From Gammaproteobacteria bacterium (GTDB taxonomy: Bacteria > Pseudomonadota > Gammaproteobacteria > Chromatiales > Chromatiaceae), in NCBI GenBank assembly GCA_025458675.1, contig JALORY010000001.1, positions 11,565-75,564 of the forward strand: DNA of 64,000 bases. The letters run 5' to 3'. The notes below the pieces were generated by a model. That model was not told the origin of the DNA and ran no database searches. It saw only the letters and a list, made by a program, of their open reading frames with translations. A program made the translations under genes and the position numbers. Positions 30,596 to 39,714 of the stretch are shown here, piece by piece (position 1 is the first letter of the stretch; every line of letters begins with the position of its first letter).

Positions 30596-31654
30596 TTAGT
30601 GCAGGCCTTCGCCCGTCATCACCTTGAGCTGCTGGGCGTCGGCCGCAAACTGCTTACGCTCGGCCTCGGGCATCGGGATCATGCCCTTCTCCGCCAGGTA
30701 GCCGTCCTTGCCCCAGGCCTTGTCGGACGTGAACTCCGTCAGATACTCGCGGATCCCCGGGATCACGTCCACGTGCGCCTTCTTGACGTAGAAGTAGAGC
30801 GGACGGGACACCTTGTATGCGCCGGCGGCGATGTTCTCGAAGGTGGGAAGCGCGCCCTCGACCTCCGAGCCCTTCACCTTGTCGGCGTTCTGGTCGAGAA
30901 AGCTGAAGCCGAAGACGCCGAAGGCGTTCTTGTTGGCGGCCAGCTTCTGCACGATCAGGTTGTCGTTCTCGCCCGCCTCGACGTAGGCGCCGTCCTCGCG
31001 GACGGTCATGCAGGCCTTCTTGAAGCCGTCCTTGTTCTCCTTCTCCATCGCCTTGATGAAATCGAACTTCTTGCAGCCCTCCTCCATCACCAGTTCGACG
31101 AAGGCGTCGCGCGTGCCGGAGGTCGGCGGGGGACCGAGGACCTCGATCTTGGTGTCCGGGAGATCCTTGCTGACGTCCTTCCAGGTCTTGTACGGGTTCG
31201 GGACCATCTTCGGGGCGCCGGTCGGGTCCGGGACTTCCTTCGACAGCGCCAGGTAGAGATCCTTGCGGCTGATCTTCATCAGGGGCGCGGCCTTCGCGTT
31301 GGCGAGGACGATGCCGTCGTAGCCGACCTTCATCTCGACGATGTTCGTGACGCCGTTCTTCTGGCAGGTCTCGAACTCGCCCTGCTTGATCCGCCGGGAG
31401 GCATTGGAGATGTCGGGGTGCTCGACGCCGATGCCGTTGCAGAACAGCTTCATGCCGCCGCCGGTGCCGGTCGACTCGATCTTGGGGGTCTTGATGCCCT
31501 TGGCCTTGCCGACCTTCTCGGCCACCACGGTCGCGAAGGGGTAGACGGTCGACGAGCCGACGATGCTGATGTAGTCGCGGCCGGCCGAGGCGTAGGCGCC
31601 GGTCGCGGCGACGGCGGTGGCGAGCACGGTGAGCTTCAGGGTCTTGCTGAGCAC
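30596..31654 (-). CDS. pstS: Phosphate ABC transporter substrate-binding protein (PstS family)
   Basis: Inside ORF 30596..32116. GTG at 31654 lies behind AGGAGG and gives VLSKTLKLTVLATAVAATGAYA (signal peptide). Contains GSSTVYPF...TGTGGG...SGTRDAF. Confidence 0.88.
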   Translation of the reverse strand: MLSKTLKLTVLATAVAATGAYASAGRDYISIVGSSTVYPFATVVAEKVGKAKGIKTPKIESTGTGGGMKLFCNGIGVEHPDISNASRRIKQGEFETCQKNGVTNIVEMKVGYDGIVLANAKAAPLMKISRKDLYLALSKEVPDPTGAPKMVPNPYKTWKDVSKDLPDTKIEVLGPPPTSGTRDAFVELVMEEGCKKFDFIKAMEKENKDGFKKACMTVREDGAYVEAGENDNLIVQKLAANKNAFGVFGFSFLDQNADKVKGSEVEGALPTFENIAAGAYKVSRPLYFYVKKAHVDVIPGIREYLTEFTSDKAWGKDGYLAEKGMIPMPEAERKQFAADAQQLKVMTGEGLH

Positions 31655-31764
31655 GAAGGCCTCCTGGAGAGCGTGGGTGCGGGCAGATGGCGGGCGCAGC
31701 CGCGGAGAGCGCGGTCCCCGGCCATCAGCGGTTGTCGAATGCGGCCGCAGCATACGCGTGAGCC

Positions 31765-31782
31765 ATGAAGGAAATGTGACAG
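31765..31782 (-). promoter_or_regulatory. Pho box (PhoB binding site) of the pstS promoter
   Basis: The minus strand reads CTGTCAC-ATTT-CCTTCAT, against the E. coli consensus CTGTCAT-A(A/T)A(T/A)-CTGTCA(C/T). It is followed 10 nt later by a TATGCT -10-like hexamer (31749-31754). Confidence 0.55.
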
Positions 31783-31812
31783 GCCCCTGCCCTTTCCGGC
31801 CCGCGGCGCGGC

Positions 31813-32211
31813 TCAGTGCTTGGTCGCCGAAGGCTTCGCCGCGGGCGGCGGCGCGTCGTCGCGCTCGGGTGCCTGCAGGGACCGCAGGACCGTGCGCACC
31901 GCGGTGAAGACGTCCTCCCCGGGGTGATCGGCGCAGTGCAGCGTGATGCGCCGCACGGCGCCGTCCAGCTGCAGGTTCCGCAACAGGTCGTCGCCGGTGG
32001 CGAGGTTGACGCCGGAGACGAAGCCGGCGATCCAGTCCGCGTAGCGGCGCAGTTCCAGGATCCCCGTGTCCTCGCCCCGGTCGGCGCTGCGGGCCGCGGC
32101 GGCGAGCGCTTCGCACCGCTTGACGCCGAAGCCGACGAGCCCCCCGGCGTCGGGTGCGGCCGCCGAGGCGGCCAGGGGAAGAAGCACGAGACCCGCGAGA
32201 TGGCGCCGCAT
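31813..32211 (-). CDS. Small secreted hypothetical protein (132 aa)
   Basis: MRRHLAGLVLLPLAASAAAPDAG... (signal peptide), inside ORF 31813..32502. Lies downstream of the LapD-like gene. No family recognised. Confidence 0.5.
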   Translation of the reverse strand: MRRHLAGLVLLPLAASAAAPDAGGLVGFGVKRCEALAAAARSADRGEDTGILELRRYADWIAGFVSGVNLATGDDLLRNLQLDGAVRRITLHCADHPGEDVFTAVRTVLRSLQAPERDDAPPPAAKPSATKH

Positions 32212-32257
32212 CGCAAACGCTCCTGCTGGACCGGTGGCGGACGCCCTCGCGCCCGGC

Positions 32258-34216
32258 TCAGCCCGGCCGGCCGAGATGGTAACCCTGGGCGCCGTCGACG
32301 CCGAGCCCCTCGAGCGCCTGCCACTGCGCCTCGGACTCGATGGCCTCCACGTACACGGGGATGCCGAGCCCGCGCGCAATGTGGGCCGCCGCCCGGACGT
32401 AGCAGCGGCTGTCGACGTGCCGCTCGAGCCGGGCCGCGAAGCTGCCGTCGATCTTGAGGTGGCACAGGGGCAGGCGGTGCAGGTAGTCGAACGACGCCGC
32501 ACCCGTGCCGAAGTGATCGACGGCGAGGCGCACGCCGAACGGGGCGAGGCGCTCGGCCAGCGCGGCGGCTTCGGGGACCGCAGCCTGCACGCCCGGGTCG
32601 GCGATCTCCAGGATGAGGCGACGCGCCTGGGCGGGACTCGCGCGCGCCGCCGACGCGAGCCATTCGGACATTCCCGGCGCTCGCAGGGAGCTCGGCGCGA
32701 GGTTCACCGCCATCGGCTGGTCGCCGGGGTGGTCGGCGAGGCGGCGCAGGGCCTCGGCGACCACCGCCCGGTCGACCTCCGCGGCCACGGCCGGGTCCCC
32801 GGCCGCGAGGAGCTCGCCGACCGGCATCAGCGGCTCGCTGCCGTTGCCTTCGATCCGCGCATAGGCCTCCAGGTGCCGCAGCGCCCGGCTGTCGTAGGCG
32901 ACCGCCGGCTGCAGCAGGAGCCGAAGGCCGCCACTGCGCAGGGCCGCGACCGTGGCATCCCGCCGGCCGCCGTCGTCCGGCTCGTGCCGCGGCCGCACCG
33001 GCCCCTCGCTCGGGCGGCCCGGCACGTTCCGCCACTCGGTCTTGCGCAGGTCGCGGTCCGCCTCCGCGAACAGGGCGGAGATGGTCTGACCGTGGAAATA
33101 CGCGCCGCCGGCATAGGTGACCAGCGAGGTCGGGAACCGCAGGCGCGAGGCCAACCGCCCGAGCGCGGCGTTGAGCGTGGCGACCCGCTCGCGCGTCGCC
33201 ACCGGACCGGCGCTCGGCACGAAGGCCGCGAACTCGCCTCCCGCCAGGTGGGCGATCAGGACCTCGGGCCCGTGACCCAGGGTGTCCTCGAGCAGGCGTG
33301 CGGTCTCGCGCAGGACATCGTCGCCGGCCGCATAGCCGAAGGTATCGTTGACGCCCTTCACGCCGTCGACCCGTGCCAGCAGAAGCGCCCCGGTCCAGGC
33401 CTGCTCGGGGTCCCGGCGCCGGTACTCGAGGATGTCGAGCAGCCAGCTGCGGGTGAGCAGGCCGGTCAGCTGATCGCGCGACGCGCGCTCGTGCAGTGTC
33501 GAGGCGAGCGCCTGCGCGCCCGTGAGCAACAGCCGCGAGCGCCGGCCGAGCTCCGCGAGCGCCGCCGACACGACGTCCCCGGCCGCGGCGTCTGCCCGGT
33601 CCGGAGCGGCGTCCCAGCGCAAGGCGTCCCTGGCCTTCGCCTCCAGCCCGCGCAGCGGCCGTGACACTGCGCCGACGGCGCTCCACACGCCGAGGAGCAG
33701 CGCCACGGCGGCAATCGCCGCCGGCACCGCGGTGTGCAGGACCGCCTCCCAGACGAGGTCCTGGCCTCTGGCAGCGTCGGCCAGGACGGTGACGCGGGCG
33801 GCCCCGCCGGTGCCGTCGATGTCGAGCGCGTGCGGGCTCGACGCCACCGGGAGCAGGTGTGCGAGCCAGGCGGGGCAACGCCGCGCCTGCCGGGCGCGCT
33901 CGCGCTGGACCCACGGGTCCGCGCCGGGCGTCGCCACGCTCGCGACCCGCAGGTGGCTGCGCGCAACGACGGTGTCCAGCGCCGCCGCGACGGCATCGCG
34001 GTCGCCGCGGGTCGTGGCAGGCCCCAGGCTGCCGGCCAGGTCGTGCGCCGCGTCGGCCGCGGCCGCCGACAGCTCCGCCTCGACGGCCCGGCGACTGCCC
34101 ATCGCCGTCGCCAGGAGCCCGACGACGTAGAGGGCCAGCACCAGCGCCCCGACGAGGAGGCGCAGCTGCCTCGCGAGCAGCGTTGCGCTGCGTTGTCGAG
34201 GCTCAGCGAGAGCCAC
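32258..34216 (-). CDS. LapD/MoxY-N-type membrane protein with degenerate GGDEF (AGGEF) and EAL domains
   Basis: ORF 32258..34342. Probable GTG start at 34216, but the start is uncertain. GGDEF-like region: HLAGGEFAAF. EAL region: LLLQPAV...HLEAYARI...AVNLAP...LILEIAD...LAVDHFGTG...HLKIDG...VEAIESE...GAQGYHLGRP. Confidence 0.8.
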   Translation of the reverse strand: MALAEPRQRSATLLARQLRLLVGALVLALYVVGLLATAMGSRRAVEAELSAAAADAAHDLAGSLGPATTRGDRDAVAAALDTVVARSHLRVASVATPGADPWVQRERARQARRCPAWLAHLLPVASSPHALDIDGTGGAARVTVLADAARGQDLVWEAVLHTAVPAAIAAVALLLGVWSAVGAVSRPLRGLEAKARDALRWDAAPDRADAAAGDVVSAALAELGRRSRLLLTGAQALASTLHERASRDQLTGLLTRSWLLDILEYRRRDPEQAWTGALLLARVDGVKGVNDTFGYAAGDDVLRETARLLEDTLGHGPEVLIAHLAGGEFAAFVPSAGPVATRERVATLNAALGRLASRLRFPTSLVTYAGGAYFHGQTISALFAEADRDLRKTEWRNVPGRPSEGPVRPRHEPDDGGRRDATVAALRSGGLRLLLQPAVAYDSRALRHLEAYARIEGNGSEPLMPVGELLAAGDPAVAAEVDRAVVAEALRRLADHPGDQPMAVNLAPSSLRAPGMSEWLASAARASPAQARRLILEIADPGVQAAVPEAAALAERLAPFGVRLAVDHFGTGAASFDYLHRLPLCHLKIDGSFAARLERHVDSRCYVRAAAHIARGLGIPVYVEAIESEAQWQALEGLGVDGAQGYHLGRPG

Positions 34217-34364
34217 CTGGCCTTCCCCTCCCCCATCGCGATCCGGCCCGCCGCCACATCGTAGCCCACGGCACCTCGAAGCCCGCGGTCCCGAGCGGCG
34301 GTTTGAGCGCATCAGCACGCGCCGATAGAATTCTGCGCTCACTCAAGCCTTGGCGCCTCCTTCC

Positions 34365-36098
34365 ATGCGCACCTCCACCTTCCCGCTCCAGACCCTCAAG
34401 GACACGCCCGCGGACGCCGAGATCGCGAGCCACCGACTCATGCTGCGGGCGGGCCTGATCCGCCGGCTCGCCTCCGGCCTCTACACCTGGCTGCCCCTGG
34501 GGCTGCGGGTGCTGCGGCGCGTGGAGACCATCGTCCGCGAGGAGATGGACGGCGCCGGGGCGCTCGAGGTGCTGATGCCTGCCGTCCAGCCAGCCGAACT
34601 TTGGCAGGAATCGGGCCGCTGGGAAAAGTACGGCCCGGAGCTCCTGCGGCTCAAGGACCGCCACCAGCGCGACTTCTGCTTCGGCCCCACGCACGAGGAG
34701 ATCATCACCGACCTCGCCCGCAACGAGCTGCGCAGCTACCGCCAGCTTCCGGTGACCTTCTATCAGATCCAGACCAAGTTCCGCGACGAGATCCGGCCGC
34801 GGTTCGGCGTGATGCGGGCCCGCGAGTTCCTGATGAAGGACGCGTACTCCTTCCACGCAGACCCGGCCTCGCTGCAGCAGACCTACGAGCTGATGCACGC
34901 GGCCTACAGCCGGATCTTCCGCCGCTGCGGCCTCGCGTTCCGCGCGGTGCACGCCGACACGGGCTCGATCGGCGGCAGCGCCTCGCACGAGTTCCACGTC
35001 CTCGCCGACGCCGGGGAGGACGCCATCGCCTTCTCGGACGGCAGCGGCTACGCGGCCAACGTCGAGCTCGCCGAGGCACTGGCGCCGGCCGGCGAGCGGC
35101 CCGCGCCCGGCGCGGCCATGACCGCCGTGGACACCCCCGGCCGGCACAGCATCGCAGAGGTGAGCGCTTTCCTGAACGTCCCGCCTGACCGGACGGCGAA
35201 GACGCTGATCGTCGAGGGCGCCGAGCCCGGGTCGGTGGTCGCGCTGGTGCTGCGCGGCGACCACGAGCTCAACCCGGTGAAGGCGGCCAAGCTGGCGGGC
35301 GTCGCCGACCCGCTGCGGCTCGCCGGCGAGCAGGCGGTGCGCGACGCGACCGGCTGCGCCCCCGGCTCGGTCGGTCCGGTCGGGCTCGCGATCCCGGTCG
35401 TCGTCGACCGCGCGGCCGCGCAGCTCGCCGACTTCGTCTGCGGCGCCAACCAGGACGGACGGCACCTGACGGGCGTCAACTGGGGCCGCGACCTGCCGGA
35501 GCCTGCCGTCGCCGACCTGCGCAACGTCGTCGCCGGCGACCCGAGCCCCGACGGCCGGGGAGCGCTCGTCATCGCCCGCGGCATCGAGGTCGGCCACATC
35601 TTCCAGCTCGGCACCAAGTACAGCGAGGCGATGAGTGCCACCGTCCTCGACGAGCAGGGCCGCAACGTCACGATGATCATGGGCTGCTACGGCATCGGCG
35701 TCTCGCGCGTCGTCGGCGCCGCCATCGAGCAGCACCACGACGACAAGGGCATCGCCTGGCCGGTCGCGCTCGCGCCCTTCCAGGTGGCGCTGATCCCGAT
35801 GCAGTACCACCGCTCGCACCGCGTCCGCGAGGCGACCGAGCAGCTCTACGCGGACCTGCGCACGGCGGGCATCGACGTGCTGCTCGACGACCGCGACGCC
35901 CGCCCCGGCGTGATGTTCGCGGACGCCGAGCTCATCGGCATACCGCACCGCGTCGTCGTCGGCGAGCGCGGGCTCGACGAGGGCAGGATCGAGTATCGCG
36001 GCCGCAAGGACGCGGAGAATGCGATGCTGCCGCGCGACGAGATCGTCGGGCTCCTGCGCGAGCGGATCGCCGCCGCGCTCGCGTCTGACGACGTTTGA
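34365..36098 (+). CDS. proS: Proline--tRNA ligase
   Basis: ORF 34350..36098. [46 protein letters not shown] is colinear with the E. coli ProS N-terminus, so the start is set at 34365. Confidence 0.96.
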   Translation: MRTSTFPLQTLKDTPADAEIASHRLMLRAGLIRRLASGLYTWLPLGLRVLRRVETIVREEMDGAGALEVLMPAVQPAELWQESGRWEKYGPELLRLKDRHQRDFCFGPTHEEIITDLARNELRSYRQLPVTFYQIQTKFRDEIRPRFGVMRAREFLMKDAYSFHADPASLQQTYELMHAAYSRIFRRCGLAFRAVHADTGSIGGSASHEFHVLADAGEDAIAFSDGSGYAANVELAEALAPAGERPAPGAAMTAVDTPGRHSIAEVSAFLNVPPDRTAKTLIVEGAEPGSVVALVLRGDHELNPVKAAKLAGVADPLRLAGEQAVRDATGCAPGSVGPVGLAIPVVVDRAAAQLADFVCGANQDGRHLTGVNWGRDLPEPAVADLRNVVAGDPSPDGRGALVIARGIEVGHIFQLGTKYSEAMSATVLDEQGRNVTMIMGCYGIGVSRVVGAAIEQHHDDKGIAWPVALAPFQVALIPMQYHRSHRVREATEQLYADLRTAGIDVLLDDRDARPGVMFADAELIGIPHRVVVGERGLDEGRIEYRGRKDAENAMLPRDEIVGLLRERIAAALASDDV

Positions 36099-36154
36099 CA
36101 GCCCGCCGGGCCGCTCCGACACTAGCGCACTCTTTGCCGACGACGGACGGACCG

Positions 36155-36670
36155 ATGGCACGCACCGAGAGCTTCAATCGCGAGCAGCTGCTCCAGTGCG
36201 GCCGGGGCGAGATGTTCGGCCCGGGCAACGCCCAGCTGCCCGTGCCAAACATGCTGATGACGGACCGCATCCTGCGGATCAGCGACGCGGGCGGCGCGCA
36301 CGGCAAGGGCGAGATCGTCGCCGAGCTCGACATCCACCCGGACCTCTGGTTCTTCGCCTGCCACTTCCCGGGCGACCCGGTGATGCCCGGCTGCCTCGGC
36401 CTGGATGCAATGTGGCAGATGGTCGGCTTCTACCTCGCGTGGATCGGCAATCCCGGCCGCGGCCGCGCGCTCGGCGTCGGCGAGGTGAAGTTCACCGGAC
36501 AGGTGCTGCCGACCGCGAAGAAGGTCACCTACACCATCGACGTCAAGCGCACCATCACGCGCAAGCTGGTGCTCGGCATCGCCGACGGCCGCATGGAGGT
36601 CGACGGCCGCGAGATCTACACCGCGAAGGATCTGCGCGTCGGGCTGTTCACCTCGACCGAGGGATTCTGA
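36155..36670 (+). CDS. fabA: 3-hydroxydecanoyl-ACP dehydratase/isomerase
   Basis: Inside ORF 36095..36670. [29 protein letters not shown]...[23 protein letters not shown]. Confidence 0.95.
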   Translation: MARTESFNREQLLQCGRGEMFGPGNAQLPVPNMLMTDRILRISDAGGAHGKGEIVAELDIHPDLWFFACHFPGDPVMPGCLGLDAMWQMVGFYLAWIGNPGRGRALGVGEVKFTGQVLPTAKKVTYTIDVKRTITRKLVLGIADGRMEVDGREIYTAKDLRVGLFTSTEGF

Positions 36671-36678
36671 GGCGAGCC

Positions 36679-36704
36679 GCCCTCCCGCCGCGCGGCGGGA
36701 GGGC
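36679..36704. terminator. GC-rich perfect hairpin between convergent fabA and phoX
   Basis: GCCCTCCCGCC-GCGC-GGCGGGAGGGC read directly (11-bp stem). There is no clear U-tract, so function as an intrinsic terminator is uncertain. Confidence 0.45.
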
Positions 36705-36735
36705 GTCGTCCCTGGCTTCCGGCCGAGGGCCCGGC

Positions 36736-38769
36736 CTAGCGCCCGCGATCCCCGCGACGGTCCTGGTCGCGGTGCTCCTCGATGCGGCCACGGCGCTTGC
36801 CGTGATCGCTCTTCATCGCCGGGAGGGCGCCACCCTCGACGCCGATGTAGCCGATCGCGGCCTTGGTGCGGTTGTTCCACTTGGCATCGATGGCTGCGAG
36901 GACGTCAGCCTTGTCCCCGCCCGTGTAGTTCGCGATGCCGTTCTCCCCGGGGTGCTGGAAATTGCTGGTGATGTAGGCGAATCCGCTCTGGTCGGGGACG
37001 ATGGTCAGGCCGGTGGCCTCCGCCCCCATCGGGACGGACAGGATGCGCGAGAGCTTGCGGGTGTCGACGTTGAACGCCCAGACGTAGTTGTTGTTGCGCC
37101 GGCTGGTGTCCTCGCCGATGAACAGCGTCCGGATGGCCTCCACGTAGCGCAGGTTGTCGGGGCCGCAGGGCTTGTCCTGCTCGCAGGCATTCCCCTCGGC
37201 ATCCTTCTTGCCGCCCATCCAGCCCCCGACCAGTTCGGGAATCGACGCCAGCGTCGTGCCCACGTACTCGCTGTCGATACGGTTGCCCTGCGTGTCGCGC
37301 CGGTCCTTCGCGGTGCTCATCTCGAGGATGATGCCGCCGTCGTTGCGCGCAACCTGGATGTCGCCGGTCTTGTCGGCCATGCCCGCCTCGACGCGCGAGA
37401 TGGTCAGGTAGAACTTGCGGTCCATCTCGTTGAAGGCGACGTACTCCACCTTCGAGAACTCGGTCGTCGCCCCCTCGAGCGCCGCGTACCGCCGGCTCTC
37501 GAGGAACGCCGCCGCCTTCTCCATGCCCGGCTTCAGCTTGAGCCACTCGGTGCCCATGTAGGTGGTCACCTTCGTGTAGCCGATCTTCGGCGGACTGGCG
37601 GTCGAGGGGTCGGTCGTCGCCGCGTCGAAGATGTCGCTGAACTTGATGCCGCCGTCCACCAGCGCCGCGATCTCGTCGTCGGTGGCGTGGCCGAGCCGGA
37701 TCCACTGCAGATCGTAGCTCCCGCCGTGGTCGGCAGACGTCTGCTTCACCTTCGCGGCGTACAGCGTCCCCGCCGAGAGGTCCTTGGGCTTGTCCGCGAC
37801 GAACATGAAGAGCCCCGTGTTCTTGCCGTCGTCGCCCCCGACGTGGGTGCGGTCGTCGGACGCGAACTCGATCATCTCGCGCGCGTAGCGGCCCGGGGCG
37901 TAGTGCTTGACCACGGTCGCCTTGCCGTCCCTGCCCACCGTCACCTCGGGCACCAGGCCGTAGCGGTACGGGTTCGCCGCCTTCTCGTCGCCGAAGTAGT
38001 ACCTGCTGAAGCTCGCGATGTCGGTCCCGTCGTCGGAATCCCCTGCCTTCAGGTTGACGGGGGGATCCTGCAGCATCCCCTCGCGAACCTTCGCGTCCGG
38101 CTCGTACTCCTCGGAGCTGACGTGCGTGCCCCACGACGACGGCGTCGAGCCGCAGTGGATCCAGCCGCCGCCGACCTTGCCGAAGTCGACGTGACCATAG
38201 TCCACCGGCGTGAGCGCGCCGGTCCTCTTGTCCTGGTCGAGCTTGGCGACGCCGATGACGGTCGGCAGCTTGCTCCAGTAGCTCTCGGGCTTCACGCCAT
38301 CGAGCTTCGGCGGCAGCTCCTTGTATTCGAAGTTGACGACCAGCGAGAGCGGGCGCGCGATGGCCGGATTCAGCGCCTTCATGCCCGGGACGTCGAGCAG
38401 CGAGGTGCCGTCGGCCGCGTCCGAGGCCATCTGGTAGTCGACGGCGCCGCTCGGACCCTTCTCGTAGAGCGGCTTGCCGGTGACGTCGAAGAGGCCGCCG
38501 ATCACCTTGCCGTTGAGTGAATCGGTGGTGCCCATCAGCTGGTGATACGCGAGGTCGTGGACCTGCTCGACGGTCTGCCCCTTGGCGTTCACGTACGTGT
38601 ACTTCGCCTTGGCCGTGGTGTAGATGTCCGCCTTCTCGGCAGTCGTCGTCGGCGCCGGCATTCCGAAAAACTCCACCGATCGGACGACCGGCTGCGCACA
38701 GGTCGAGGCGGACAGAACGGTGAAGCCGAGCGCGGCAGCGACGGCAGCGGCGAGGGGTCTGGTCTTCAT
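36736..38769 (-). CDS. phoX: PhoX-family (DUF839) secreted alkaline phosphatase
   Basis: C-terminal 677 aa of ORF 36736..39705, from MKTRPLAAAVAAALGFTVLSA (signal peptide). Contains IHCGSTPSSWGTHVSSEEYEP and ...GPDNLRYV...IGEDT...SNFQHPGE, typical of PhoX. Confidence 0.82.
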   Translation of the reverse strand: MKTRPLAAAVAAALGFTVLSASTCAQPVVRSVEFFGMPAPTTTAEKADIYTTAKAKYTYVNAKGQTVEQVHDLAYHQLMGTTDSLNGKVIGGLFDVTGKPLYEKGPSGAVDYQMASDAADGTSLLDVPGMKALNPAIARPLSLVVNFEYKELPPKLDGVKPESYWSKLPTVIGVAKLDQDKRTGALTPVDYGHVDFGKVGGGWIHCGSTPSSWGTHVSSEEYEPDAKVREGMLQDPPVNLKAGDSDDGTDIASFSRYYFGDEKAANPYRYGLVPEVTVGRDGKATVVKHYAPGRYAREMIEFASDDRTHVGGDDGKNTGLFMFVADKPKDLSAGTLYAAKVKQTSADHGGSYDLQWIRLGHATDDEIAALVDGGIKFSDIFDAATTDPSTASPPKIGYTKVTTYMGTEWLKLKPGMEKAAAFLESRRYAALEGATTEFSKVEYVAFNEMDRKFYLTISRVEAGMADKTGDIQVARNDGGIILEMSTAKDRRDTQGNRIDSEYVGTTLASIPELVGGWMGGKKDAEGNACEQDKPCGPDNLRYVEAIRTLFIGEDTSRRNNNYVWAFNVDTRKLSRILSVPMGAEATGLTIVPDQSGFAYITSNFQHPGENGIANYTGGDKADVLAAIDAKWNNRTKAAIGYIGVEGGALPAMKSDHGKRRGRIEEHRDQDRRGDRGR

Positions 38770-38819
38770 GGGGACTCCGCGGGGTCTGGACTGGGGAGCC
38801 GCGATGCTAGGCGCAGCCT

Positions 38820-38837
38820 GTTGCACCCTCGTGTCAG
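38820..38837 (-). promoter_or_regulatory. Pho-box-like element upstream of phoX
   Basis: The minus strand reads CTGACAC-GAGG-GTGCAAC, followed 10 nt later by TAGCAT (38804-38809). The spacing matches that at pstS, but the second half-site is weak. Confidence 0.4.
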
Positions 38838-38994
38838 CGCCGGCCGCTGGCCGTGCCACGACGCCTGCCCGCCGTCGGGCTCCTGAATGGCGCAAGGGGG
38901 CGGGTTCACGATTCTGCAATCGCGGCGTCACGCGCTTGCCGCCGGCGTGCCATCCAATGGGGCGATCGACAGACCCCTCGATGGAGAAGCGCGG

Positions 38995-39714
38995 ATGCTG
39001 GACCCGGACAATACGATCGCCCAGAGCCCGTTCAGCCTCAGGCCCTCGCTGCTGCGCGACGTCCTGCGGCACGCGCGGCCCCTCGGCCACAACGAGGACC
39101 CCGAGACCCTCAATCTCGGCTTCGGTTTCCTGTACTACGGCCTCGTCCGCTCCCTGCGGCCGCAACACGTCCTGGTCATCGGCTCGGGGTTCGGGTTCAG
39201 CGTGACCTGCCTCGGCCTCGGCCTCAAGGACAACGCGGCCGGCCGGCTCACCTTCGTCGACCCGTCCTTCTCCGTCATCAAGGATGGCCCGCTGCAGACC
39301 TTCGGCGGCACCTCGCAGTGGGACGATCCGGAGCAGGTCAGGGCCCGTTTTGCGCGTTTCGGCCTCGCGGACATCGTCACCCACTACAAGCTGACGAGCG
39401 CCGAGTTTTTCCAGCGCTACCCCGTGCTGCACCAGCCCCCCGTCGACCTCGCCTTCATCGACGGCAACCACGCCTACGAGCACGTGCGCGACGACTTCGT
39501 CAACGTGCTGAGGACGGCGCGCAAGGGCAGCTACGTGCTGCTGCACGACAGCAACATCTACATCCGCGAGATGGTGCGACACGCCGGCGTCAAGCGCTGG
39601 CTCAAGCAGATCGGCAGGCACAAGGAGTTGTTCGAGATCGTCGACTTCCCGTTCTCGTCGGGCGTCGCACTCGTCCGCCTCCTGCGGAAGGACGCATGGA
39701 AGCATCTCGGCTGA
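38995..39714 (+). CDS. Class I SAM-dependent methyltransferase (Methyltransf_24/TylF-like)
   Basis: ORF 38887..39714. An ATG at 38995 lies behind GGAGAAG. VLVIGSGFGFS (SAM motif I)...FIDGNHAYEHVRDDF... Confidence 0.7.
   Translation: MLDPDNTIAQSPFSLRPSLLRDVLRHARPLGHNEDPETLNLGFGFLYYGLVRSLRPQHVLVIGSGFGFSVTCLGLGLKDNAAGRLTFVDPSFSVIKDGPLQTFGGTSQWDDPEQVRARFARFGLADIVTHYKLTSAEFFQRYPVLHQPPVDLAFIDGNHAYEHVRDDFVNVLRTARKGSYVLLHDSNIYIREMVRHAGVKRWLKQIGRHKELFEIVDFPFSSGVALVRLLRKDAWKHLG

Noticed and set aside
36155-36670. fabA without an adjacent fabB.
   Set aside because: fabB may simply be encoded elsewhere. The window gives no way to judge, and the hairpin right after fabA is consistent with a monocistronic gene.
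38770-39705. N-terminal 312-aa extension of the phoX ORF (36736..39705).
   Set aside because: The PhoX-like sequence starts with a clean signal peptide at the ATG at 38769, which has an SD. The extension is antisense to the methyltransferase gene and has no motifs.
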